This document shows, one piece after another, positions 7,365 to 15,388 of a DNA stretch of 31,301 nt (positions are counted from its first letter, which is position 1; every line of letters starts with the position of its first letter). Source of the stretch: a virus (Duplodnaviria > Caudoviricetes); the IMG/VR virus record IMGVR_UViG_3300001355_000035, positions 1 to 31,301 of that record; one strand, given 5' to 3'. The translations under genes were made by a program, and so were the position numbers. The notes under the pieces are model-generated. The model was not told where the DNA came from. It searched no databases and saw only the letters and a list, made by a program, of their open reading frames with translations.

Positions 7365-8051
7365 TTAAAAAAAAGTTCTAATTCCTTGTAATTTGTGTTC
7401 TTGTTCTTCGTTACATTGTCCACATTTAAAATTAACGTCTTTAGTAACAACTGGCATTTCAGATATAAAATCGTCAATTGATTTTAATTGATCCGATGTT
7501 AACGAATCTAAAAATGCTCGTATTTCTTCTTTTGATTCTTCTTTAATCGGTAATCGCTCTTCTTTTGTACAAACTGCATCAATAGAGTTAAACAAAAATT
7601 CTTCTACAACGTTTTCGTTATTAAAATCAAAATCGCTATAAGAAGGATACCTCATTTCTAGAGAAATTTCTTTCGACAATTTAACCTTTGGATTTTTTAT
7701 TACCTCTTTACAAAACACCTCTTTGACATTTATTGAGATTTCGTTATCGGTTTCGCAATGCGGACACGTTAACAAAATATCTGAAGTTTCTCCGACGGAG
7801 ACTGCCCTAATTTGCATAAACAGGTATTCCATATCAAAAGTAGTAAGAAGTTTTGGATCAAGTTTTGGCGTGCAACACGAAACGACCGCTTCGATCATAG
7901 CATTAACAATAGACTCTAAATCTCCGCTTTCATTAGCGAGCATTAATACTTTTTCTTCTTTAACCAAATATGGTCTGTATCTAATCTTCTTTCCATTCGA
8001 TGGTATAACCATGCTATACTTTGGTGTATCATTCAATCGCGGTAACGCCAT
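7365..8051 (-). CDS. gp26: Baseplate hub assembly protein gp26
   Basis: MALP.L..P.Y, YRPYLVKEEKVL, FDMEYLF.QIRA.SVGE, CPHC and CGQC Zn-knuckle pairs, terminal LQG...FF. Confidence 0.92.
   Translation of the reverse strand: MALPRLNDTPKYSMVIPSNGKKIRYRPYLVKEEKVLMLANESGDLESIVNAMIEAVVSCCTPKLDPKLLTTFDMEYLFMQIRAVSVGETSDILLTCPHCETDNEISINVKEVFCKEVIKNPKVKLSKEISLEMRYPSYSDFDFNNENVVEEFLFNSIDAVCTKEERLPIKEESKEEIRAFLDSLTSDQLKSIDDFISEMPVVTKDVNFKCGQCNEEQEHKLQGIRTFF
7368..7374 (-). promoter_or_regulatory. Candidate -1 programmed ribosomal frameshift site T-TTT-TTT
   Basis: Minus strand reads ACT-TTT-TTT-TAA. The -1 frame continues TTA-ATA-TGC-CTC-TCT-CAT-GTC-AAT-ATG into the gp51-like ORF without a stop. Confidence 0.6.
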
Positions 8052-8066
8052 AATTTATATCCTTAT

Positions 8067-8894
8067 TTAAATTTTAATTCCTATCGCTTTTCCTACCCTG
8101 GTCTTAATTTTATCTTCAACTCTATCGCGTAGTTGATGTAATCCACCAGTTATTTCTCGTTCTATTTTAGATAGCAGATTGTCATCTTGTAATCCTGAAC
8201 CGGACCAATTTTTATATCTGAAAGTTATAGTTATTTCTGATAACCCTTGAGCATTATCGTCTGAGAGTTGCTCATAATTAATAATCTCTGGATACGCTTC
8301 ATATAAAGTACATACGTAACTGTTGCTTCCTGCTAGATTTAGATCTACTTCTATTCCGTCAACGCCTATGGACGTGCTTATAAGGTTTGTTCCAAAATTT
8401 ATAGGACCTACGTTAGATAATCTTCTTTTAATAAATGATGGCAAGGGTAAATTAAATTGTTTTTCAAAAAGTGGAACATTAAGTTCTTTTTTTAATTGTC
8501 GTATTTCTATAGTTCTAACGTAATCGTCATAATATCCAACATAATGATCAGTCGGGTCTGATGATTGCCAATTCGGTATTATGCTGTTCATCCACGTTTC
8601 AAAATATTTTCTTACTCCTTGATCATTCATTACTCGAAAAGTCATTTGAATCGGTTGATATGTCATACCATGCGCTACTTCAGTCGTACTCATTCCAATT
8701 TCTCTAGGAATTGTAGCGAGGTTAAAACTAGGTAGCTGCACATTTTTGCACAATAAATTTAGATCTCTAGGGTCTTGTCCTGATTGTTCAAACCTAGGAA
8801 GTATCACCGAGAACAAATTAGATCTAGCGAATCCATTATGTTTAGTAATTTGTGATGAAAGTTGATCTATGCTTGCTGTTTTACTAGCGCTCAT
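8067..8894 (-). CDS. Tail-tube-fold protein, gp54-like tail tube initiator
   Basis: GFARSNLFSV, LLCKNVQLP, MTFRV....VRKYFETW, YYDDY..IEI.QL, LYEAYP, ITFRY. Syntenic between gp2 and gp26. Confidence 0.8.
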   Translation of the reverse strand: MSASKTASIDQLSSQITKHNGFARSNLFSVILPRFEQSGQDPRDLNLLCKNVQLPSFNLATIPREIGMSTTEVAHGMTYQPIQMTFRVMNDQGVRKYFETWMNSIIPNWQSSDPTDHYVGYYDDYVRTIEIRQLKKELNVPLFEKQFNLPLPSFIKRRLSNVGPINFGTNLISTSIGVDGIEVDLNLAGSNSYVCTLYEAYPEIINYEQLSDDNAQGLSEITITFRYKNWSGSGLQDDNLLSKIEREITGGLHQLRDRVEDKIKTRVGKAIGIKI

Positions 8895-9474
8895 TTATCA
8901 TGCTCCTTGAATCTGCCCAGATTTTTGATTGGGAACCGCGCGACCATTGCGCTGTTGGTAAGAAAGTTGCAATTTCCCATTCTGGTGCGGGAACTTCTGC
9001 TAAGTTACCTTCAATGTGAGCAGTAAGATAATGTTTAAAACAAGGTTTAAAATATTTCATCTTTGCTGCTTTTTTTAAATAATTGTATGAAACTGCAAAT
9101 TTGGTGTTATCGTTATATTTTTTATCTGATGTGATGTCCATAAGTCCATCTAAAAACTTTGCTCGTAGAGTCAACGGTAAGTAATGGAGATTCAAACCAT
9201 GAAATCCGCCAGGAGCTTTTTGCACTGCAATTACTAGAGGGAAGTTATCCCAGTATGGAAGTTTTGCTCTTGTTTTAGGATCATAGAAAAACATGTACAT
9301 TCCGCCCACAGCGGAACGTTGCGTTTTTCTTAACTCTGGTTCGCTAAGTAATGCTCTACGATTAGGTTGCATTCCAGAGAGTTTATTACGAAACCATCTT
9401 CGCGATTGATTTGTACGCGGAGTTATTCCTGCACGGAACGCTTCTTGTTCAACTGTTTGAAATAGATTACTCAT
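8884..9474 (-). CDS. gp2: DNA end protector protein gp2
   Basis: GMYMFFYDPK...LPYWD.FPLV, GF.GLNLHYLP..LRAKFL, KPCFKHYL, W.IA.FLP, W.DSR. Confidence 0.95.
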   Translation of the reverse strand: MSNLFQTVEQEAFRAGITPRTNQSRRWFRNKLSGMQPNRRALLSEPELRKTQRSAVGGMYMFFYDPKTRAKLPYWDNFPLVIAVQKAPGGFHGLNLHYLPLTLRAKFLDGLMDITSDKKYNDNTKFAVSYNYLKKAAKMKYFKPCFKHYLTAHIEGNLAEVPAPEWEIATFLPTAQWSRGSQSKIWADSRSMINER

Positions 9475-9479
9475 GAATC

Positions 9480-9487
9480 TATTTATA
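9480..9487 (-). promoter_or_regulatory. T4 late promoter TATAAATA, 5 nt before the gp2 ATG
   Basis: Plus strand TATTTATA at 9480-9487; minus strand reads TATAAATA-GATTC-ATG. Confidence 0.85.
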
Positions 9488-9492
9488 ACGAA

Positions 9493-9675
9493 TTACGAAG
9501 GTTGTTTAACTTCTGGTTCTTCTGCCGCCATTTGTTTATACTCAGAAAGTTTTTCTGCGGTCTCGTACTTTTCAGGAGAAGAGAAAATTTTTCCGGAAAA
9601 GGTGCGATACAGATAGTAGGTTTTTTCAGACTGGTTTGCTGTTGATTCTGTCATAATTGAGATAGTGTTTTGCAT
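9493..9675 (-). CDS. Small hypothetical peptide (60 aa, or 53 aa from the ATG at 9654)
   Basis: The ORF fills the gap between the radical SAM gene and the gp2 promoter on the same strand. Confidence 0.5.
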   Translation of the reverse strand: MQNTISIMTESTANQSEKTYYLYRTFSGKIFSSPEKYETAEKLSEYKQMAAEEPEVKQPS

Positions 9676-9687
9676 TATATAGTATTT

Positions 9688-10728
9688 TTATACTTTTAAA
9701 ATCGGTTTCCATAGTTCAGCAATTTTTATACCCTTTTTTTGCCTCGATAGACCGGCTGCGCTACAATGTTTGCAAGTTTTATTAGAATTTGTTCTATTAA
9801 AAATTAAAGATTTTCTTAATTCGTTTAATGATTCTGAATGCATCCAAAGTTCCGAAAAGGCAGTATCGTTTACGTTTCCAAAAGAACCTAAAGTTCTTTC
9901 CCAATTATGACAACAAGCTCTAATACTTCCATCATAATCTATAAACGATTTAGTAATAGGATACCAACACGGAACAGGTTTTCGAAACGAGTGTTTATAC
10001 GTTGGTCTTTTCCCCGTATAAGGATCCATCAGACCGGCGCGATCTAGGTATGTCGGCGTTTTGTAATATCTTCGATAAAATTCTATGTCTAGGATTCCTA
10101 CTAAAGACTTTATTTCCTTTAGATATTTTGCTAATCTTTCGTCGTCGTCATAGCAATCGATAAGCATAGATGTTAAACCAGTGCTTTTTAAACGCTCCGC
10201 ATTAAATGGTCCATATCCAGGAATAGAACCTTTAATAAACCTGTCGCCGTTTGTTATTAAGTTAGTTTCACATTTAGGTAAATTTTTAGAAACGTATTCG
10301 ATCATTTCTAATATTTTTGGATGTAACAGAGGTTCGCCATAGCTACCAAATATAATAGTTCCGACATAGTTGTTCTTTTTTAAATTGTCAACAGTGTTTT
10401 TGACAGTTTCCAATTCCATAAAAACATTATTATTAGGAAACAGTTCTTCATTGTGATGCGGGCACATCCAACATTTTCTGTTACACAAATCTGTAATGTT
10501 AAATTCCACTGTTGTTAGACCTAATAAAAATTTAGAATTCGCCGATTGCTCTTCAAATAAATCAGTATTTTCTAATTGATAATGGAAATCTTTGTCTGCT
10601 TTAAAAACCCAATGGCTCCTATTTAAATCAATTGACGGATGATCGAACTCTGCAATGTTTACGAATTGTTTTCTAGTTAAGGATATGTGTAATTGTTGTG
10701 TAATGTAATCATCGCCTGGGTATTTCAT
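9688..10728 (-). CDS. Radical SAM enzyme with SPASM/Twitch C-terminal domain
   Basis: CNRKCWMC (CxxxCxxC), GEPLLHP, ITNG, and C-terminal C..P...IDYDG.IRACC...FGNV....SELW...CKHC. ATGA overlap with the gp4 stop. Confidence 0.93.
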   Translation of the reverse strand: MKYPGDDYITQQLHISLTRKQFVNIAEFDHPSIDLNRSHWVFKADKDFHYQLENTDLFEEQSANSKFLLGLTTVEFNITDLCNRKCWMCPHHNEELFPNNNVFMELETVKNTVDNLKKNNYVGTIIFGSYGEPLLHPKILEMIEYVSKNLPKCETNLITNGDRFIKGSIPGYGPFNAERLKSTGLTSMLIDCYDDDERLAKYLKEIKSLVGILDIEFYRRYYKTPTYLDRAGLMDPYTGKRPTYKHSFRKPVPCWYPITKSFIDYDGSIRACCHNWERTLGSFGNVNDTAFSELWMHSESLNELRKSLIFNRTNSNKTCKHCSAAGLSRQKKGIKIAELWKPILKV

Positions 10729-11198
10729 TTTTTTCTCGAATATGGTTTTAAACGTTTTGTAGACTTAGGTTTTATGCCTAGTTTATCAAGTTCTATTTCT
10801 GTCCAGATTAAAAATTCCCAATTTCTATCTTTGCAGTATCTCTCGGTCGCGCTCCATTTATTTCTATTTTTTACATATGTCATTCCTTCTGAAACGTAAC
10901 GTTTCGTTTTTTTCGCGCCTTGCGGTGGAACAGTTTCTTTTTTCGGTTTAACTTCTATTAATACCGTTTTGTTGTTTGACCAGGTTACTTTAAAATCTGG
11001 AAAATATCGGTGATATTTACCATCAACCTCATACAAATATGGAATAATAACCTCTTCGCTGGACCACGATTTTACGGAATTTGAAGTGTCGAAAAACATC
11101 ATACAATATTTTTCCCATAAACTACGATAAAAAACTTTGGTATGATCGCCTTTATATTTGGCAGAATTTTTAATTCTATATTTTCCTGAATAAGCCAT
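10725..11198 (-). CDS. gp4: Head completion nuclease gp4 (TnsA-like PD-(D/E)xK fold)
   Basis: MAYSGKY..KN..KY.GD, YRSLWE, WSSEE..IPY, HRYFPDF, IEVKP, N..KW. ATG 11198 preferred to the track start 11219. Confidence 0.95.
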   Translation of the reverse strand: MAYSGKYRIKNSAKYKGDHTKVFYRSLWEKYCMMFFDTSNSVKSWSSEEVIIPYLYEVDGKYHRYFPDFKVTWSNNKTVLIEVKPKKETVPPQGAKKTKRYVSEGMTYVKNRNKWSATERYCKDRNWEFLIWTEIELDKLGIKPKSTKRLKPYSRKK

Positions 11199-11204
11199 GA
11201 TCTC

Positions 11205-11235
11205 TATAAATAAATGCAACGTAAACTTATTTATT
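11205..11235. promoter_or_regulatory. Divergent late promoter pair: TATAAATA (+, 11205-11212) for gp48 and AATAAATA (-, 11235-11228) for gp4
   Basis: One exact and one single-mismatch late consensus within the 46-nt gp4/gp48 intergenic region. Confidence 0.75.
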
Positions 11236-11244
11236 GGGAAAGCA

Positions 11245-12432
11245 ATGGCGTTTGTAGAACCAGGATCAACAGAAAGAGTTCCGTCGAATCCGACGACGAC
11301 TACTGAAGCAAAAACTCTCGAAGAATATAAAGAAGAGACAGATCTTCGGGATCAACCTGGCAGGACTCGTAGAGAATACACGCAACTTTATTATCCATTA
11401 GACATGCGAGGCAATTCTAGATTTCCAGGAAGTATAAAATTTCGCGCTCGACAGTTAGAAAGTCAAAGCAAAGTTACTGGTTTGCTTTACGATATTATAG
11501 ACGGAATATCTAAAAAGATTACGTCTTTTGCATTAGACGAGTCAACTGAACTCGGAGTGGGTTCCAATAGTGGTAAAAGCGAAGCGAAAGAAACTGGAGC
11601 CGAGTCTGAAAAATCAGAAAGAGAAGTTTCGAGCGAAGTAAAAAACGAAGGGTTTTTGTCAGGAGCCTTAGACGCTATTTCTGACACTTTTTCAGATATC
11701 GCAGACTGGGCGAACGGACCCATCAGCACTCAATCGTTTCGAGATACTTTGTTAGATGACGGAAAAGATATGGGATTTGTAAAACTTCCTCTTCGTCAAC
11801 AACTTCAATTTACTGATAGATTAGACTATCAAAATGCAGATCTGGGATTAATTAATGGAGCTATTGAAACAGCGGCTTCCAGCGGTCAAAGCGCAGTTGG
11901 TAGTTCTGTTAAAGCGATATTGCAAAGTAGTGGCGCATTTTTAACTGGCGGACCTACTCCTCAAGTTTCTGCAGTTGTTCTTAAAGGATTAGAAACAGCT
12001 GGATTACCATCGACCGGACTTTCCTCAGGTTCTAGGATTTCGTCCAATCCTAATTCTCGAACGCTATTCAAGAGTTCTGTGATAAGAAATTTCGCATTTA
12101 GTTTTTCTTTAGTAGCTAGAAATCCTAAAGAAGCAGAAGAAATTAAAAAGATTATTAAATTTTTTCGAATTTCTTGTTATCCCGATTTAATAACGCTAGG
12201 AAATATTCCTGCTGGATATATTTTCCCTGATTTGTTTGACATCTTTATTGAATACCGTGGGAAACCTATTGCAACTAGAATTTTGCCATGTTATTTGACA
12301 ACAATAGATATTACTTACAACACTCCGACAACTGGAATGCACGCCGACGGTAATTTTACCGAGATTGGACTTAATCTTACATTTACAGAAGCGTTCGCGT
12401 TGAATCGAGCGAGAATCAATCAAGGTTACTAA
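11245..12432 (+). CDS. gp48: Baseplate tail tube cap gp48
   Basis: LYYPLD, V.LP, NP....LFK....R.F.FSF.L.ARN.KEA.EI..IIKFFR, P..F.I.Y, CYL..I..TY, L.F.E. ATG 11245 lies downstream of the late promoter (track start 11197). Confidence 0.88.
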   Translation: MAFVEPGSTERVPSNPTTTTEAKTLEEYKEETDLRDQPGRTRREYTQLYYPLDMRGNSRFPGSIKFRARQLESQSKVTGLLYDIIDGISKKITSFALDESTELGVGSNSGKSEAKETGAESEKSEREVSSEVKNEGFLSGALDAISDTFSDIADWANGPISTQSFRDTLLDDGKDMGFVKLPLRQQLQFTDRLDYQNADLGLINGAIETAASSGQSAVGSSVKAILQSSGAFLTGGPTPQVSAVVLKGLETAGLPSTGLSSGSRISSNPNSRTLFKSSVIRNFAFSFSLVARNPKEAEEIKKIIKFFRISCYPDLITLGNIPAGYIFPDLFDIFIEYRGKPIATRILPCYLTTIDITYNTPTTGMHADGNFTEIGLNLTFTEAFALNRARINQGY

Positions 12433-12433
12433 T

Positions 12434-13195
12434 ATGTCAAATTATTTTAAAAATTTTAAAGTTGATCGTTATCGTTTTGGCGATGAACAATACTCCATAT
12501 TGTTCCAAAGACTTTCAACTTATATTGATGTCCTCGATCGCGTTCAAGATAATTTAAGCGTATATACTAACACTACAATTTTATCAAATGAAAGACCAGA
12601 CACTTTATCATATAGGATTTACGGAACGACTGATTACTATTGGACATTTTATTTAATGAACGAAAAGTTAAGGCAACAAAGTTGGCCGCTTACAGACAAA
12701 AGAGTGTATGAAAAATCTGAAGAAATTTACAATGGGTATTTTGGAAGATTAGATTTTGTTGACCTAAATGCATACAATACATTAATGCAACAAATTTCTT
12801 TATTGTATCCAGTAGGCGAATCGGTTAATTTAGTTACCAGCGGCGCAGCAAAAAGAGCAGCTACGGTTAAGAGTAAAAATTTACAAAATGCAGAAATATA
12901 TTTTACTTCTTCTGCTGTTTTAAATTCTGATACTATAGTATCGGTCGAATATGCTGATACTAGTAACAGTTATAATTTTAGTGCTTTTGATTTCGAATTT
13001 AATGGAACACACCACTATACTAAAACTGGATCTGCAGTGGAATACGATTTGGTCGATAATCCGATTGATCCTGGAACTCCTGTAACTTTCCAAGAAAATT
13101 TTATTGCGGTAAATGAAGACGTAAGACAAATAAGAGTAATTAAACCCGATGAAATTGAAAAAGTCGTAGGCGAATTCAATAGACTTGTGAGTTAA
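12434..13195 (+). CDS. gp53: Baseplate wedge subunit gp53 (LysM-like)
   Basis: MSNYFKNF, ERPDTLSYRIYG..DYYW....N......WPL, terminal NE..RQIRVIKP. Confidence 0.92.
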   Translation: MSNYFKNFKVDRYRFGDEQYSILFQRLSTYIDVLDRVQDNLSVYTNTTILSNERPDTLSYRIYGTTDYYWTFYLMNEKLRQQSWPLTDKRVYEKSEEIYNGYFGRLDFVDLNAYNTLMQQISLLYPVGESVNLVTSGAAKRAATVKSKNLQNAEIYFTSSAVLNSDTIVSVEYADTSNSYNFSAFDFEFNGTHHYTKTGSAVEYDLVDNPIDPGTPVTFQENFIAVNEDVRQIRVIKPDEIEKVVGEFNRLVS

Positions 13196-13196
13196 T

Positions 13197-14531
13197 ATGG
13201 AATCCGGGACTTATCATTTTTGTACAAAAGCTATTTTGTCTGGAACGATTCTAGAAAAAATCGGAGTAGAAGTAGATATTCTTCCAAATATTTTGGAGTT
13301 TGTTTTTTACGAGGATATTCTAAATCCTTTTGTTCATGCTTCAATAAGTCTGATAGACGATTTTGGTTTAAGGCACGCGGTAAACTTACAAGGCACTGAA
13401 ACTATTACAATCGAGTTTACCGAACAACTAGAAGAGCGAAGAGTTTTATTTGAAAAGAAATTCTATATTTCTCGTATAGAAGCAAACGCTCCGATTAACG
13501 ATAGATCTGATGCTATTGTTCTGCATTTAGTAGAAGAGCATGTAATAATCAATGCAGTAAAACAAATTAGTAAATCGTATACAGGATCTTTTGAAGAAAT
13601 CATAAAATCTATTTCTGAAATCGAATTGGGAAGGAAAATAGCATATAAAAATTTTAAACCTTCTGCGCAAGGACCAAGAAAAATAGTAGTTCCTTATCTA
13701 ACCCCAATCGAAGCAATATGTTGGTTGCGCGATAGATCGTCTTCTAAATCCGGATTTCCGATGTTAGCGTATTCGACATTATTTGGTAATGATATTATTA
13801 TAGAAAATATGGAGGAAAACCTTTCTTCTACGGTATTAAACCCAAAGTCGCCTTTGCGGCATACTTCAGGAATGCGATCGTCAGAAAACATCGCTGCTAA
13901 GAAAATTTATGCTATAGAAGGATTTAGAGATGTAAACTCTGAAAACATGTTACATATGATAGAAACCGGAACAATCGGATCTAGATTTTCCGTAACTGAT
14001 ATAAACACCGGAGTGACGACCAGGAAACACTATTCTATTAGAAATATTGTAGATGAGATGACAGTAAATAATTTAATAGATGGCAATTTTGCATATAATC
14101 TATTTGATCCCATACTTAAAATTGGTGAATCGTTATATGATTTGTACGACGCGAATAATGTTCATCAAATTAATACCACACGAACATATCCACAATTTAA
14201 CAATTATCATGACGAAAGCAATGGGCAATCTTCGTTAAAATATAAACAACAGATGATTAAAAATATTTTAAATCGAAACACTTTGGATTTAAAAATGGAC
14301 GGGTTTTTGTTTTTTGCTAAAAACATTAGCGTTGCGGATAAACTTCGTTTACTATTTTTGAATAGTGACGCTTCTGCTAATTCTATTGATGCCAATACTA
14401 CTACAGATCACAGAAGATCTGGAGATTATATTATTACATCTATTAAAAATAGCATTTCTAAAACAGAACATAGCGTATTATTTTCAGGTTGTAAAGTAAA
14501 CGATCTTCCTAATACCGGAAATGAATTATGA
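13197..14531 (+). CDS. Putative baseplate hub protein (gp27/VgrG N-terminal-like)
   Basis: Position between gp53 and gp5; FYEDI.NPF..A...D, L.G.E.I.I.F, ISKSY.G and C-terminal SGDYII..I motifs. Confidence 0.7.
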   Translation: MESGTYHFCTKAILSGTILEKIGVEVDILPNILEFVFYEDILNPFVHASISLIDDFGLRHAVNLQGTETITIEFTEQLEERRVLFEKKFYISRIEANAPINDRSDAIVLHLVEEHVIINAVKQISKSYTGSFEEIIKSISEIELGRKIAYKNFKPSAQGPRKIVVPYLTPIEAICWLRDRSSSKSGFPMLAYSTLFGNDIIIENMEENLSSTVLNPKSPLRHTSGMRSSENIAAKKIYAIEGFRDVNSENMLHMIETGTIGSRFSVTDINTGVTTRKHYSIRNIVDEMTVNNLIDGNFAYNLFDPILKIGESLYDLYDANNVHQINTTRTYPQFNNYHDESNGQSSLKYKQQMIKNILNRNTLDLKMDGFLFFAKNISVADKLRLLFLNSDASANSIDANTTTDHRRSGDYIITSIKNSISKTEHSVLFSGCKVNDLPNTGNEL

Positions 14532-15388
14532 CAACGGGACCGTTAAGACCGATAAATTATATGTACTATGGCGATGAAACGCGCTGGTTTATAGGTACAG
14601 TAATTAACGCTGTTCCGCCAGCTGGGTTTGAAGGAAGAGTTCGTGTTCGTATTCATGGAGTACATGATCCAGAAACTTCTAATGTTCCTGAAGTCGATTT
14701 ACCATGGGCGCAAGTAATGATTTCTGCTACTGAGGGAGGTTCTTCTGGAATAGGTAGGTCTCCGCAACTTTTGGCAGGCGCGCAGGTTTTTGGTATTTTT
14801 ATGGACGGCAGGCATTCTCAAGTGCCTTTGGTTATGGGTGTAATTTATCGAGACGAGTTCCCATCGGATATTCAAAAAGGTGTCACGTTTACAAGCGAAA
14901 CTTCTTACAATAAACAACAATCTAGACTTCAAAATGTTGTAATTGAGGAATTACGAGACGACTTCCTAGAAACGACAGATGAGACTCTCAGAAGATTACA
15001 AGGAATGAAATTTTTTATAGACAACGGATATACTCCGCTTCATTCCGCTGCGATTGTAGCAAATTTACAAGTCGTGTCTGGTTTTAAATTACTTTCAGTT
15101 GCTGATGATCGAGTCGGCATTGCTGGATGGTTAGCGACAGGAAAACGGTTTAAAAACTTGAGAGACTTCGCTATATCTTATGAACCGCCAGCGACGACAT
15201 TATCTTATTCTTTGCAATTACAGTTTATTTTGTACGAACTCAGAAACGATTTGCTCCTCGCTAATAAATTGTTGTTACAATCAAATGAAATAGAAGAAGC
15301 GACGAATATAGTCTCTAAATACTATACTAAATCAAATAAAAATGCTATTTCGATAGCAAAACAAGCATATCGTGAGGTATATCAATAA
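14528..15388 (+). CDS. gp5: gp5 N-terminal OB-fold fused to a degenerate phage tail lysozyme (Phage_lysozyme2-like) domain
   Basis: WFIG.V, GRVRVRIHG.H, DLPWA.V, G.QVFG.FMDG..SQ.PLVMG. C-terminal G.T...AAIVANL...SG, GIA.W, R...L, QL.FI..EL. Confidence 0.85.
   Translation: MTTGPLRPINYMYYGDETRWFIGTVINAVPPAGFEGRVRVRIHGVHDPETSNVPEVDLPWAQVMISATEGGSSGIGRSPQLLAGAQVFGIFMDGRHSQVPLVMGVIYRDEFPSDIQKGVTFTSETSYNKQQSRLQNVVIEELRDDFLETTDETLRRLQGMKFFIDNGYTPLHSAAIVANLQVVSGFKLLSVADDRVGIAGWLATGKRFKNLRDFAISYEPPATTLSYSLQLQFILYELRNDLLLANKLLLQSNEIEEATNIVSKYYTKSNKNAISIAKQAYREVYQ

Noticed and set aside
7365-7374. T8 run as a sequencing error splitting one gene
   Set aside because: gp26 proteins of this type typically end in FF followed by a separate small gp51-like ORF, so the stop looks genuine. 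Reads should still be checked.
8052-8066. TATAAATT-like sequence upstream of gp26 (and a similar one near 23053)
   Set aside because: Mismatch at the last consensus base. The gp26 copy overlaps the RBS-ATG spacer, and the other lies within gp8 coding sequence.
9674-9702. Minus-strand TATAAT before the small peptide ORF as a sigma70 promoter
   Set aside because: No convincing -35 at 16-18 nt spacing, and the region is AT-rich.
10725-11198. TnsA-like nuclease as a sign of a Tn7 transposon or homing endonuclease
   Set aside because: Sequence and position match T4 gp4 head completion protein. No transposase partners or element ends are visible.
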